64,000 bases of DNA from Alphaproteobacteria bacterium (GCA_964291675.2 OZ219866.1:2496001-2560000), one strand, 5' to 3'. Positions 38,625-49,470 are shown, numbered from the stretch's first letter. Made by a program: numbers and translations. Notes: generated from the letters alone by a model not told the origin.

Positions 38625-39110
38625 ATGTGGCGATCAGTTGCGATATTCCTGGTCGGCGGCGTTCTCGGAACGGGGTTCGGCGTCGCGGTGGGTTTTTTTG
38701 CGTTCCCCTACGTGTTCCCGCCGCCGCCGGCGATGGAGACCCTGGCGCCCGGGGAGCAGACCGCCGTCGTCGCGCGCGGGACGTTCATCCACGCCGATCC
38801 CAACGACCCGATCCATTACGGAAAGGGCCGGGTCACGGTGCGCGAGAAGGTGGTCTTCCTGGAGGACGATTTCGAGGTCGGGCCCGGCCCCGCGTTCCAC
38901 GTCTATCTGGTGCCGCGCGAGAAGATCCGCGACTCCGCGTCTGTCAAGGACACCATGTTCGTCGATCTCGGCAAGCTGCGCGCCTTCGAGGGCAGCCAGA
39001 GATACCCGATTCCCGCCGGGGTCGATCTCGCCAAATACCCGAGCGTGGTGATCTGGTGCGCCCAGTTCGGAGTCCTGATCTCGCCCGCCGACCTCGCCTT
39101 CGGCGCCTGA
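38625..39110 (+). CDS. DM13 domain membrane-anchored protein
   Basis: GTF...HYGKG, GPGPAFHVYL, DLGKL...GSQRYPIP, SVVIWCAQFGV. Confidence 0.88.
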   Translation: MWRSVAIFLVGGVLGTGFGVAVGFFAFPYVFPPPPAMETLAPGEQTAVVARGTFIHADPNDPIHYGKGRVTVREKVVFLEDDFEVGPGPAFHVYLVPREKIRDSASVKDTMFVDLGKLRAFEGSQRYPIPAGVDLAKYPSVVIWCAQFGVLISPADLAFGA

Positions 39111-39119
39111 GCGCCGCCC

Positions 39120-40352
39120 TCAGCCGTAGTCGCGCCGGTCGTCTATGACCTTGCCGTCATTGGGCAGCGCGCCGGGCTCGACGAGCTCGACTTCGGTGCG
39201 GAGCTTGCACTCGGCGCGGAAGGACTCGGCCAGCGCGGCCGCGAGGTCCTCCGATCCGCCGCTCGCCTCGCAGCGCAGCAGCGGGGCGTCGATGCCGTCC
39301 TTCTCGCCCACCACGAGGCGCATGCGGCCGACCCCCGGGTGGGCGCGGAGAACCCGGTCGATCTGGGCCGGGTCGACGAACATGCCGCGGATCTTGGTCC
39401 TCTGGTCGGCCCGGCCGAGCCATCCCCTTATGCGCGGCGCGGTGCGCCCGCAGGGGCTCTGCCCGTCCAGCATCGCAGACAGGTCGCCGGTGGCGAAGCG
39501 GAGCAGCGGGTAGTCCTCGTCGAGCAGCGTGACCACCACCTCGCCGACCTCGCCGTCCGGCACCGGGGTGCCGGTGCCGGGGCGGACGATCTCGACGATC
39601 ACGTCCTCGTCCAGGATCATGCCCTCGCGCGCCTCGGACTCGTAGGCGATCAGCCCGACATCCGCCGTGCCGTAGGATTGCAGCACCGCGATGCCCCGGT
39701 CGTCGTATTCCTTGCGAAGCGGCGGCAGCAGCGCCCCGCCGCCGACCGCGCCGCGCCGGATCGAGGAGACGTCCGCCCCGGTCTCGTCCGCCCTGTCCAG
39801 GATGATCTTGAGGAAATCGGGCGTCCCGGCGAAGCCCACCGGCCGGAAATGCCCGATCGCCTGGATCTGGCTGTCGGTCTGGCCGGTGCCGCCCGGGATG
39901 ACCGGGCAGCCGACCGCCCCGGCGGCGCCGTCGAACATCATGCCGGCCGGGGTGAAATGGTAGGAGAAGCAGTTGAGCACGATGTCGCCGGCGCGGAACC
40001 CGGCGGCATGGAGCGCCCTTCCCATCCGCCAGTAATCCGGGCGCCGTCCCTGCGGGTCGGCGATCGGCCCCGGCGAGAGGAAGAGCCGCGTCATCTTCTC
40101 GGTCGGCAGGCGGTTGAGCCCGGCGAGAGGGGTCGCCGCCGTCTGGCGTTCCAGGAGGTCGCCCTTGCGGATCACCGGCAGCCGGGCCAGCGCCTCGCGG
40201 CTCGCAATGTCGCGAGGCTCAATCCCGGCGAGCGCCGCGGCCTGGCCGGGGGTTTCGCCGGCGCGCGCGACCTGCGCCGGCAGCGCGGCCATCAGCGCGG
40301 CCTCGCGCGCCTCCGGCGGGCGAGTCTCGCGCTCGTCGAAAAAATCCGTCAT
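39120..40352 (-). CDS. Phenylacetate-CoA ligase-like (PaaK family) adenylate-forming enzyme
   Basis: LARLPVIRK, SYGTADVG, GEVVVT..YPLLRFATGD, GRADQ. Confidence 0.88.
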   Translation of the reverse strand: MTDFFDERETRPPEAREAALMAALPAQVARAGETPGQAAALAGIEPRDIASREALARLPVIRKGDLLERQTAATPLAGLNRLPTEKMTRLFLSPGPIADPQGRRPDYWRMGRALHAAGFRAGDIVLNCFSYHFTPAGMMFDGAAGAVGCPVIPGGTGQTDSQIQAIGHFRPVGFAGTPDFLKIILDRADETGADVSSIRRGAVGGGALLPPLRKEYDDRGIAVLQSYGTADVGLIAYESEAREGMILDEDVIVEIVRPGTGTPVPDGEVGEVVVTLLDEDYPLLRFATGDLSAMLDGQSPCGRTAPRIRGWLGRADQRTKIRGMFVDPAQIDRVLRAHPGVGRMRLVVGEKDGIDAPLLRCEASGGSEDLAAALAESFRAECKLRTEVELVEPGALPNDGKVIDDRRDYG

Positions 40353-41164
40353 CAGGCGAGCCAGCGCTTGCGGCGGCGATAGGATTTCACGTCGCGGTAG
40401 CTCTTGCGGCCGGAGGACGACAGGCCGAGATAGAACTCCTTCACGTCCTCGTTCTCGCGCAGCACCGAAGCCTCGCCGTCCAGCACCACCCTTCCGTTCT
40501 CCAGGATGTAGCCGTAGCGGGCATAGCGCAGCGCCATGTTGGTGTTCTGCTCGGCCAGCAGGATCGTCACGCCTTCCTCCTCGTTGAGCCGCGAGACGAT
40601 GCCGAAGATCTCCTCGACGAGCTGCGGGGCGAGCCCCATCGACGGCTCGTCGAGCAGGATCATCTTGGGCCGGGTCATCAGGGCGCGGCCGATCGCGGTC
40701 ATCTGCTGCTCGCCGCCCGAGGTGTAGCCGGCCTGCGCCTTGCGGCGCTCCTTGAGCCGGGGGAAGTAGCGGTAGACCAGGTCGAGGTCGTCGGCGAAGT
40801 TCTTCTTGTCGCCCCTTATATAGGCGCCGGTCAGCAGGTTTTCCTCGACCGTCAGGTGCTCGAAGCAGTGGCGGCCTTCCATCACCTGGACCACGCCGCG
40901 GGTGACCAGGTCGTGCGCCGTCAGCTTCTCGATGCGTTCGTTGCGGTACTCGATGGTCCCCTTGGTGACGTCCCCCCGCTCCGCCCGGAGCAAATTGGAG
41001 ATCGCCTTCAGGGTGGTCGTCTTGCCGGCGCCGTTGGCCCCGAGGAGGGCGACGATGCCCCCCTCGGGAACGTGGAAGGAAACCCCCTTGAGGACCAGGA
41101 TCACCCGGTCGTAGATGACCTCGATGTTGCTGACATCGAGCAGGGCGTTCCCGTTCTCCGCCAT
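40352..41164 (-). CDS. livF: LivF-like ABC ATPase
   Basis: GANGAGKTT, TSGGEQQM, LDEPSMGLAP. Confidence 0.92.
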   Translation of the reverse strand: MAENGNALLDVSNIEVIYDRVILVLKGVSFHVPEGGIVALLGANGAGKTTTLKAISNLLRAERGDVTKGTIEYRNERIEKLTAHDLVTRGVVQVMEGRHCFEHLTVEENLLTGAYIRGDKKNFADDLDLVYRYFPRLKERRKAQAGYTSGGEQQMTAIGRALMTRPKMILLDEPSMGLAPQLVEEIFGIVSRLNEEEGVTILLAEQNTNMALRYARYGYILENGRVVLDGEASVLRENEDVKEFYLGLSSSGRKSYRDVKSYRRRKRWLA

Positions 41165-41195
41165 GCCAACGGTTCCGCTACGCCTCGCTGGGGTC

Positions 41196-42521
41196 TCACC
41201 CCTCCTTGGAGCAGTCGCGCGGGGTGATGTTGTTCTCCTTGGCGTACTTGGCGGCCTCCTTCTCGACCTGCTCGCGCACGATGTCGTACATCGGCTTGTA
41301 CCACTTGGAGATCAGCTTCCACTGCTTGCCGTCCCATTGCTGGAAGATGACCGGCCCGCCGCCCTCATGGTCCTCGCAGGTGATGCGGTGCGCCTGCATG
41401 AAGTCCTTGAAGCCGAGCTTGGTCAGCTTGTCCTGGGTCAGGTTGAGGTTCTCCATGCCCCAGCGGACCTGCTCGCCGGTCATCGGCTTGTTGCCGAACT
41501 TGCCCATCGCGGTACGCATCGCTTCGGTGTCGTAGACCATGTTGGTCAGGCCGCGATTGTAGAGCACCTCGCCCCAGTTGTTCTTCTTCGCCGCCTCGAC
41601 ATCGCCGTTGTAGATCGTCTTCAGGATCTGCTGGTGGATGTCGTAGTTGGGGCCCACGCCGTGGAAGTTGGCCGCCTTGTACCCCTTGGCGGCTTCGCCC
41701 GCCGGGCGGACGTCGCTCTCGGAGCCGGACCACCAGACGCCGATGAACTTGTCCATCGGGAACCTGATGGCGGCGGCCTCCTTGATGGCGACCTGGTTCA
41801 TCACCCCCCAGCCCCACATGAAGATGTAGTCGGGCTTCTGGCGGCGGATCTGCAGCCAGGTCGATTTCTGCTCCTGGCCCGGGTGGTCGACGGCAAGCAG
41901 GCCGAGATCGTAGCCGTGCTTCTCCGCCAGGATCTTCAGCGTCGGGATCGGCTCCTTGCCATAGGCCGAGTTGTGGTAGATCAGCGTGATCTTCTTGCCC
42001 TTGAGCTTGTCGAGCCCGCCCTCCTGCTCGCCGACATACTTGATGAACGCCGTCGCCTGGCTCCAGTAGCTGGTCGGCGCGGTGAACGCCCATTTGAAGA
42101 CGCGCCCGTCGCCCGCCGCCGTGCGGCCGTAACCCATCGAATGGATCGGCACCTTGTCGACGAAGGCCTTGGGGATCAGCTGGTAGGTGATGCCGGTGCT
42201 GAAGGGGTTGACGATGGCGGCGCCGGTCGGACCCTTCTTCTTCAGCTTCTCGTAGCATTCCACGCCGAGCTTGGTGTTGTACTTGGTCTCGCACTCCTCC
42301 CAGACCAGCTTGACGCCGTTGATGCCGCCGTCCCGCGCGTTGAGGAGCTTGAGATAGTCGACCATGCCGTTCGCCGCCGGAATTCCGTTCGGCGCGTAGG
42401 GGCCGGTGCGGTAGACCAGCAGCGGGATGAACATTTCTCCCGCCGCCATGGCGGTCACCGGAACCGCGGGCAGCCCGACGGCCGCCGCGGTCAACAGCAG
42501 GCCCAACTTCTTGAGATTCAT
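41196..42521 (-). CDS. Liv-type ABC substrate-binding protein (fatty/aromatic-acid cluster)
   Basis: Signal peptide, YRTGPYAPNG, NARDGGINGVK, ITCEDHEG. Confidence 0.9.
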   Translation of the reverse strand: MNLKKLGLLLTAAAVGLPAVPVTAMAAGEMFIPLLVYRTGPYAPNGIPAANGMVDYLKLLNARDGGINGVKLVWEECETKYNTKLGVECYEKLKKKGPTGAAIVNPFSTGITYQLIPKAFVDKVPIHSMGYGRTAAGDGRVFKWAFTAPTSYWSQATAFIKYVGEQEGGLDKLKGKKITLIYHNSAYGKEPIPTLKILAEKHGYDLGLLAVDHPGQEQKSTWLQIRRQKPDYIFMWGWGVMNQVAIKEAAAIRFPMDKFIGVWWSGSESDVRPAGEAAKGYKAANFHGVGPNYDIHQQILKTIYNGDVEAAKKNNWGEVLYNRGLTNMVYDTEAMRTAMGKFGNKPMTGEQVRWGMENLNLTQDKLTKLGFKDFMQAHRITCEDHEGGGPVIFQQWDGKQWKLISKWYKPMYDIVREQVEKEAAKYAKENNITPRDCSKEG

Positions 42522-42659
42522 GGCATCCTCCCTCGAGGTGATTGACGATTGCGTCCGCCGGAGCATTCCCGGCCCAGCCAAGCCCGTTTCCGCGATTCCG
42601 CCGGCCCGAAACGCCGCAGAAACGCTATCACGCGTCCGAATCCAGCGTCAACCGCGCCC

Positions 42660-43736
42660 TCAATAGGGGAACGGCCATCGCCTGAGCTTCTCCTTGCCGA
42701 TCTGCCACAGCCGGGCCAGCCCGGCCGGCTCGAAGATCAGGAACACGATGATCAGCGAGCCGAAAATCATGACCTCCAGATGCTTCTGGAAGTCGACCGG
42801 CATCGACAGCCCGACCAGCTGGGGCGCGTTGGTAAGAAAAATCGGCAGCAGCCAAATAAAGGCGGCTCCCAGATAAGCCCCCAGAATACTGCCCAGCCCG
42901 CCGATGATGATCATGAACAGGACATCGAAAGAAACGAAAATATCGAATGCTTCGGTCTCCGCGCTGCCGAGATAGGAAAACAGCAGCAACGCTCCCGCGA
43001 CGCCGCAATAGAAGGAGCTGATGGCGAAAGCGAGCAGCTTGTTGGGAAGCAGGCGGATGCCGATGATCTCGGCGGCGATATCCATGTCGCGGATCGCCAT
43101 CCAGTGCCGCCCGATCCTGCTGCGCACCAGGTTCTTGGCGATCAGCCCGGCGACGATGCACAGGGTGAGGACCAGCAGATAGCGCGTCTCGGCGGTCGCC
43201 GTCGGGCCGGTGAGCATGATGCCGGCGACTTCGCGCGGCGGCGCGGTGATGGTTCCGCTGGAGTGGTAATTGTACCACCAGGGAACCCGGTTGAACATCC
43301 AGACCAGGAAGAACTGCGCCGCCAGCGTGGCGACCGCGAGATAAAATCCCTTGATGCGCAGGCTGGGGAGGCCGAACACGATGCCGACCAGCGCCGTCGC
43401 CACGCCGGACAGGACAAAAACGACGATGATGTTGAGTTCCGGGAACCCGGTGGTCAGCTTGTAGGCGGAATAGGCGCCCATCGCCATGAAGGCGCCCGTG
43501 CCGAGCGACAGCTGGCCGGCGTAGCCGGTGAGAATGTTGAGCCCCAGCGCGGCGATCGAAAAGATCATCATCGGAATCAGCACCGCCTGGAGCATGTATT
43601 CCGATGCCATGAGCGGTACCGCGAGATAGGCGAACAGGATCAGGGCGAAGAGGAAGACGCGATCCTGGAAAATCGGAAAAATCGCCTGGTCGGCGGCATA
43701 GCTCGTCTTGAACTGGCCGGTCTCCCGGTAGAGCAT
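42660..43736 (-). CDS. livM: LivM-like ABC permease
   Basis: GLNILTGYAGQLSLG, PSLRIKGFYLAVATLA. Confidence 0.92.
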   Translation of the reverse strand: MLYRETGQFKTSYAADQAIFPIFQDRVFLFALILFAYLAVPLMASEYMLQAVLIPMMIFSIAALGLNILTGYAGQLSLGTGAFMAMGAYSAYKLTTGFPELNIIVVFVLSGVATALVGIVFGLPSLRIKGFYLAVATLAAQFFLVWMFNRVPWWYNYHSSGTITAPPREVAGIMLTGPTATAETRYLLVLTLCIVAGLIAKNLVRSRIGRHWMAIRDMDIAAEIIGIRLLPNKLLAFAISSFYCGVAGALLLFSYLGSAETEAFDIFVSFDVLFMIIIGGLGSILGAYLGAAFIWLLPIFLTNAPQLVGLSMPVDFQKHLEVMIFGSLIIVFLIFEPAGLARLWQIGKEKLRRWPFPY

Positions 43737-43739
43737 GAC

Positions 43740-44678
43740 TCAGACCCTCTCGATGATGCGCTCGCCGAACAGGCCTTGCGGACGGACGAACAGGAAGGCG
43801 AGCGCGAGCACGTAGGCGAACCAGTTCTCGATGGCGCCGCCCACCGCGGGGCCCCAGTAGACCTCGGCGATCTTCTCGCCGACGCCGATGATCAGCCCGC
43901 CGACGATCGCCCCCGGCACCGAGGTGAACCCGCCCAGGATGAGCACCGGGAGCGCCTTCAGCGCGATCAGCGAGAGCGAGAACTGCACCCCGCTCTTGGC
44001 GCCCCAGACGATGCCCGCGACCAGCGCCACGATGCCGGCGACCGACCAGACGATGATCCAAATCTTCTTCAGCGGGATACCCACCGCGAGCGCCGCCTGG
44101 TGGTCGTCGGCGACGGCGCGCAAGGCCCGCCCGGTCGGCGTGTACTGGAAGAAGAAGGCGAGCCCCGCCACCAGCAGCGCGCAGGCCAGCGCGGCGATCA
44201 GCTCGAAGCTGTTGACCAGCATGCCGGCGATGTCGAGCGGGACATCCGGGACTCCGATATCGAGCTTCTTGACGTTGGAGCCCCACAGCGTCTCCCCGAA
44301 CCCTTCGAGAAAGAAGGTGAGCCCGATCGTCGCCATGAACAGGATGATGTCCGGCTGGTTGATGAGGTGCCGCAGCACCAGGAGCTCGACCAGATAGGCC
44401 AGCGCTACCATCGCGCCCACGGTGACGATGAAGCCGAGCCAGACCGGCAGCCCGAGCTCCATCAGCCCGACCAGGGTCAGCGCGGCAAACAGAACCATCG
44501 CCCCCTGCGCGAAGTTGAACACCCCGGACGCCTTGAAGATCAGCACGAAGCCGAGCGCCACCAGAGAGTAGAGCACGCCGGTCAGCAGGCCGTTGAACAC
44601 GACTTCGCCGAAGAAGACCGGGAAATCGGCGGCGATCTGGACGAACGGCGTGATGGTGACCGATTCGATGAACTCCAT
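43740..44678 (-). CDS. livH: LivH-like ABC permease
   Basis: YSLVALGFVLIFKASGVFNFAQG. Confidence 0.92.
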   Translation of the reverse strand: MEFIESVTITPFVQIAADFPVFFGEVVFNGLLTGVLYSLVALGFVLIFKASGVFNFAQGAMVLFAALTLVGLMELGLPVWLGFIVTVGAMVALAYLVELLVLRHLINQPDIILFMATIGLTFFLEGFGETLWGSNVKKLDIGVPDVPLDIAGMLVNSFELIAALACALLVAGLAFFFQYTPTGRALRAVADDHQAALAVGIPLKKIWIIVWSVAGIVALVAGIVWGAKSGVQFSLSLIALKALPVLILGGFTSVPGAIVGGLIIGVGEKIAEVYWGPAVGGAIENWFAYVLALAFLFVRPQGLFGERIIERV

Positions 44679-44702
44679 GCCCGGTTCTCCGCCCGCCCGC
44701 CG

Positions 44703-45518
44703 TCAGTCGCGGACCACGCCGAGATAGGCGTTGACCACGTCTTCGTTGCCGCGCACCTCGTCGGGCGAGCCGTCGGCGATCAGGCGGCCGTAATCGAGCA
44801 CCACCACGCGGTCGGAGATGTCCATCACCACCCCCATATCGTGCTCGATGAGGGCGATGGTGGTGCCGAACTCGTCGTTCACGTCGAGAACGAACCGGCA
44901 CATGTCTTCCTTTTCCTCTGAGTTCATGCCCGCCATCGGCTCGTCCAGCAGCAGCAGATCCGGCTCCGCCGCGAGCGCCCGGCCAAGCTCGACGCGCTTC
45001 TGCAGACCGTAGGGCAGGCGTCCGACCGGGACCCGGCGGATCGCCTCGATCTCGAGGAACTCGATCACCCGTTCGACATGCGCCCGGTGTTCCAGCTCCT
45101 CGCGCCGGGCCGGGCCGAGATAGAGCGCCTGCCACAGGAAATTGCGGCGCATCATGGTGTTGCGCCCGGTCATGATGTTGTCGAGCGTGCTCATGCCGCG
45201 GAACAGGGCGATGTTCTGGAAGGTGCGCGCGATTCCCTGACGCGCCGCCTGGTCCGGCCGCATCCTGGTGCGGGTCTCGCCCTTGTAGGTGATGGTTCCG
45301 TCGTCGGGGTGGTAGAAGCCGTTGATCACGTTGAGCATCGACGACTTGCCGGCGCCGTTGGGGCCGATGATCGCACGGATCTCGCCCTCGCGGATGTCGA
45401 AGCTCACGTCGTCCAGCACGGTGACGCCGCCGAACGCCAGCGAGATCCGGTTGAGGCTGAGGATCGAGCCGTCCGCCGCGGGATCTGCGTCGGTGCCGGC
45501 CGGCGCCGCATGGTTCAT
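44703..45518 (-). CDS. livG: LivG-like ABC ATPase
   Basis: GPNGAGKSS, ARTFQNIALF, LPYGLQKR. Confidence 0.92.
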   Translation of the reverse strand: MNHAAPAGTDADPAADGSILSLNRISLAFGGVTVLDDVSFDIREGEIRAIIGPNGAGKSSMLNVINGFYHPDDGTITYKGETRTRMRPDQAARQGIARTFQNIALFRGMSTLDNIMTGRNTMMRRNFLWQALYLGPARREELEHRAHVERVIEFLEIEAIRRVPVGRLPYGLQKRVELGRALAAEPDLLLLDEPMAGMNSEEKEDMCRFVLDVNDEFGTTIALIEHDMGVVMDISDRVVVLDYGRLIADGSPDEVRGNEDVVNAYLGVVRD

Positions 45519-47476
45519 GCGGCGCTCCTCGCGGCGGCGGCGATGTCGCGGACCTGGATATCGGCGCTGACCGTGCCCTTGCGCCCGTCCTCGAAGGTGA
45601 CTTCGGTCTCGATCGCGCAACGATCGCGGTCGGAATAGAGCGCCTCGACCAGGCTGTCGTACTTGTCGGCTACGTGCCGTCGGCGCACCTTGCGGGTGCG
45701 GGTCAGCTCCCCGTCATCGGCGTCCAGCTGCTTGTGCAGCACCAGGAACCGCCGGATCTGGGCGCCCGCCAGGCTGGAATCCGCCGCGAGGTCCCGGTTC
45801 ACCTGCTCCACCCGGTCCTGGACGATGTCGTAGACCTGGGGCAGCCCGGCCAGCTCCTGGTAGCTGGCGTAGGAGATGCCGTTGCGCTCGGCCCAGTCGC
45901 CCACCGCCTCGAGGTCGATGTTGATCAACGCCGTCACGTAGTCCCGCTCGTGGCCGAAGCTGACCGCCTCGAATATGTCGGGGAAGAACTTGAGCTTGTT
46001 CTCGATATATTTGGGGGCGAACATCGTGCCGTCGTTGAGCTGGCCGACATCCTTGGCCCGGTCGATGATCTTGAGATGGCCCTCGTCGTCGACGAATCCG
46101 GCATCGCCGGTGCGGCACCAACCGTCCCCGGTCTTGGTCTCCGCGGTGGCTTCCGGGTTGCGGAAATACTCGACGAACACGCCGGGGCTGCGGAACTGCA
46201 CCTCGTTGTCCTCGATTCTGAGCTCGACCCCGGTCGCCGGCCGGCCCACGGTGTCCGACCGGACCTCCCCGTCCGGCTGGATGGTGATGAACACGCTCGC
46301 CTCGGTCATGCCGTAGAGCTGCTTCAGGTTGAGCCCGATGCTGCGGAAGAAGTCGAAGATGTCGGGGCCGATCGCCTCCCCCGCCGTGTAGGCGACGCGG
46401 ACGCGCGTCAGCCCCAGCGTGTTCAGCAGCGGCCGGTAGATCAGGGTCGAGCCGAGGGCGTAGCGGAACCGTCCGGCCGCGCCCACCTTCTGCCCGTCGA
46501 GGATCCTCTTGCCGTACAGCTTGGCGACTTCGAGGAAGTGGAAGAACAGCTTGCGCTTGAGCCAGCTCGAATCCTGGATGCGGATCATGACCGTCGTCAG
46601 CACGTTCTCGAATATGCGCGGCGGCGCGAAGAAATAGGTCGGCCCGATCTCCCACAGATCGTTGAGCACGGTGTCCGCCGATTCAGGGCAGCAGACGCAG
46701 AACCCGGCGACCAAAGACTGCCCGCACGAGAACATGTGGTCGCCGACCCAGGCCATGGGCAGATAGGCGAGCACCTCGTCGGTCTCCCGCAGCCCTTCGA
46801 GGCGCACCGAGTTGAGCGCGCTGACCAGGATGTTGCGGTAGGACAGCACGACGCCCTTGGGGTTCCCCGTCGTGCCCGAGGTATAGAGGATGACCGAGGT
46901 GTCGTCGGCCGAGCCCCGGTCCACCTCCGCGTCGTAGAAATCCGGCTGCGCCGCATCGCGGGCGCGGCCTTCGCGCATCAGGAATTCGGTGCTGTAGAGG
47001 CCGCCCGCTTCGTAGTCCCGAAGACCGCGCGGATCGTCATAGATCACCGCTTCGATGGTGGGGCAGTCGTCCTTGACTTCGAGAACCTTGTCGACCTGTT
47101 CCTGGTCTTCCGCGAAGACGAAGCGCACCTCGGCATTGTTGAGCACGTAGCGCGTCTCGTCGGCCACCGAGTCCTGGTAGATCGGCACCGGCACGCCGCC
47201 GAGCGACTGGACCGCGAGCATGGCGTTGTAGAGCACCGGCCGGTTGTCGCCGATGATCGACACCCGGTCGCCGCGCTCCAGGCCGAGCGTCTTCAGACCG
47301 CAGGCGATCTCCCGCACGCGGGTCGCGGCTTCGCCCCAGCTCATGGTCTGCCAGATGCCGAGGTGCTTTTCCCTGAGGCAGGGCCGGTCGCCCCGGGTCG
47401 CCGCGTTCCAGCGCAGCAGCTTCGGCGACGTGTCGTGGCTCGCCAGGTCGGGAAGCGTGGCCGCGGTGCCGGTCAT
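45515..47476 (-). CDS. Long-chain fatty acid-CoA ligase (AMP-binding)
   Basis: YTSGTTGNPKG, YGMTE, RTGDAG, IIDRAKD. Confidence 0.93.
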   Translation of the reverse strand: MTGTAATLPDLASHDTSPKLLRWNAATRGDRPCLREKHLGIWQTMSWGEAATRVREIACGLKTLGLERGDRVSIIGDNRPVLYNAMLAVQSLGGVPVPIYQDSVADETRYVLNNAEVRFVFAEDQEQVDKVLEVKDDCPTIEAVIYDDPRGLRDYEAGGLYSTEFLMREGRARDAAQPDFYDAEVDRGSADDTSVILYTSGTTGNPKGVVLSYRNILVSALNSVRLEGLRETDEVLAYLPMAWVGDHMFSCGQSLVAGFCVCCPESADTVLNDLWEIGPTYFFAPPRIFENVLTTVMIRIQDSSWLKRKLFFHFLEVAKLYGKRILDGQKVGAAGRFRYALGSTLIYRPLLNTLGLTRVRVAYTAGEAIGPDIFDFFRSIGLNLKQLYGMTEASVFITIQPDGEVRSDTVGRPATGVELRIEDNEVQFRSPGVFVEYFRNPEATAETKTGDGWCRTGDAGFVDDEGHLKIIDRAKDVGQLNDGTMFAPKYIENKLKFFPDIFEAVSFGHERDYVTALINIDLEAVGDWAERNGISYASYQELAGLPQVYDIVQDRVEQVNRDLAADSSLAGAQIRRFLVLHKQLDADDGELTRTRKVRRRHVADKYDSLVEALYSDRDRCAIETEVTFEDGRKGTVSADIQVRDIAAAARSAA

Positions 47477-47648
47477 GACAGGCTTTCCGTCCGGCGCCGG
47501 AGGCGCCGGTCGACATCCGCAATTCCGCTCCGCCGCGCGCGCATCGGGCCATCCCGGGACAGGCTGAAGACGTGACCCGCGATTCTATGGCTCAGCGCCG
47601 CCGCATTGGCAACCGAATATCGTCCAGGCGCCGGTCCGCGGCGCGGGT

Positions 47649-48581
47649 TCAGCCCGTCTGGCGCGCCGCCGCCGCCCGCACCACCTCTTGCAGGACGCGG
47701 AACGATGCCATGCTCTCGGCGGAGCGCCGCCAGACGATGCCGGTCCGGTGACGGTGCTTCCCGAACTCGATCGGCAAGGGCTTCAGAGCGGGTGCGGCGA
47801 TCGCTTCGAGGAACGGCAAGGGAAGCCAGGAAAGGTAGGGACCGGTCCCCAGCAGGAACAGCCCGGTCGCGCCGGCGCTTATGACGGTGGCGACCCGCCG
47901 CCTGGTGACTTCGTGGAGTTCGTCGAGCACCGTGGCCAGGGAAGGCCGGCCGTTGCCGTTCCGCAGCCCGGCCGGCGAGATCCCGTCATAGTCGATCCAC
48001 GGACAATCGGCGAGGGCGGGAAGCGCTACCTCTTCCTCGTGGAACGGATGATCCCGGTGCGCGACGATGCCCCATGTGACCTTGAGAGGGGTTTCCCGCT
48101 TCAGCCACGGCGGAAGCGCTTCCAGCGTATCGATACCGCCGCAATGAAGGTCGCTCTCCCCTTCCTCCAGCCGGCGCAGCCCCTCGCTCACATTCGCGGT
48201 CCGCAGCTTCAGCTCGATCCCGGGGCAGGCGTCGCGGAAATCGGCGATGGCGGCGGGCAGGACCGCCTGCATCCATACCGGGCTCGCGGTAATCCGGATG
48301 CGGCCCGACCGGCCGCCGACCAGATCCTTGATCTTGCTCTCGGCGATCTCGATTTCCTCGAGAATGCGACGCGCCAGCTCGGTGGCCGTGGCCCCGAGCT
48401 CGGTGAGCCGCACGCCGGTCGGAACGCGTTCGAATAGCTGCCCGCCGAATTGGTCCTCGAGTCTCGCGATGACGCGGGACAGCGCCGGTTGGGTGATCGC
48501 CAGACGGTCGGCTGCCGCGAGAATCTTTCCCGTGTCCGCGACCGCGAGAAACTTGATCAGATCGCTTCGCCTTTCGAACAT
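47649..48581 (-). CDS. LysR family regulator
   Basis: AADRLAITQPALSRVIARLE...LFER; full effector domain. Confidence 0.93.
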   Translation of the reverse strand: MFERRSDLIKFLAVADTGKILAAADRLAITQPALSRVIARLEDQFGGQLFERVPTGVRLTELGATATELARRILEEIEIAESKIKDLVGGRSGRIRITASPVWMQAVLPAAIADFRDACPGIELKLRTANVSEGLRRLEEGESDLHCGGIDTLEALPPWLKRETPLKVTWGIVAHRDHPFHEEEVALPALADCPWIDYDGISPAGLRNGNGRPSLATVLDELHEVTRRRVATVISAGATGLFLLGTGPYLSWLPLPFLEAIAAPALKPLPIEFGKHRHRTGIVWRRSAESMASFRVLQEVVRAAAARQTG

Positions 48582-48742
48582 GTCGCCGCTTCAGGTTCCC
48601 CCCCGGGAAGGCTCCAACGCCTCCCGCAACGCAGATTTGGGACGCGAACGGTCGCCCACCCAATACCGATTTCGGATCGGGCTGATAAACTTCCGCAATG
48701 AGCGGCGGCTCGCGGCCGCGCGCCCGAAAGCGGAGGCCCCCC

Positions 48743-49210
48743 ATGATCCGGATCAACGGCATGGCGCATGTCGTCCTGACCGTGAGCCGCTTCGACGAAG
48801 CTCGCGCGTTCTATTGCGAGTTGCTGCCGTTTCTCGGCATGCACAAGGTCTATGACGGCAACAACTTCGTCTATCACGTGGGCGGGCGAACGGCGCTCGG
48901 CATCCAGCGTGCCGCACCGGAATGGGAGGGCGAACGCTTCGTGCGAAACCGGGTCGGCCTGCACCATCTGTGTTTCCGCGCCCGTTCGCGCGAGGACGTG
49001 GACATGGCGGCGGCCAGGCTGCGCGGGATGGGGGCGAAGATCGACCGCGGGCCGATGGAGGGCGATTGGGCGCCCGGCTACTACTTCTTCGTCTTCGAGG
49101 ACCCGGACGGCATACGGCTCGAGATCAACCACGTTCCCGGCAAGGGCCTGCTGGCGGGCGACAGCCCGCTCTCGCCCAGCGACGACCCGGACTGGGACCA
49201 GGACCCGTGA
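48743..49210 (+). CDS. VOC/glyoxalase family protein
   Basis: HVVLTV, GLHHLCF, FEDPDGIRLE. Confidence 0.92.
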   Translation: MIRINGMAHVVLTVSRFDEARAFYCELLPFLGMHKVYDGNNFVYHVGGRTALGIQRAAPEWEGERFVRNRVGLHHLCFRARSREDVDMAAARLRGMGAKIDRGPMEGDWAPGYYFFVFEDPDGIRLEINHVPGKGLLAGDSPLSPSDDPDWDQDP

Positions 49211-49470
49211 GCCGGTCGCGCGCGCTCGATACGCCCGCCCCGCGGGGCGCGGGGCGCGGGGCGAAACGATTCCCGGGACGTCTTCAGGATTCTGTTGAGT
49301 GTCGACGGCAAATCGCGCATGCTCGTCCGGTTAACGAGGTTCGCCAAAGCGGCCGACGGGTCGGCTTTCGGTTTGCCGTGAGGCAATCTGAACGCAGCGC
49401 CGCACGCCGCTGCCAGCAACGTGCGGTTGAAAACCGCTTCTTTTTCTGATGCGCAGGCATTGCGAGTGGC

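Noticed and set aside
39120-47476. Acyl-CoA ligase/liv/paaK-like cluster as a novel system
   Set aside because: This arrangement is a common proteobacterial cluster; nothing unusual seen
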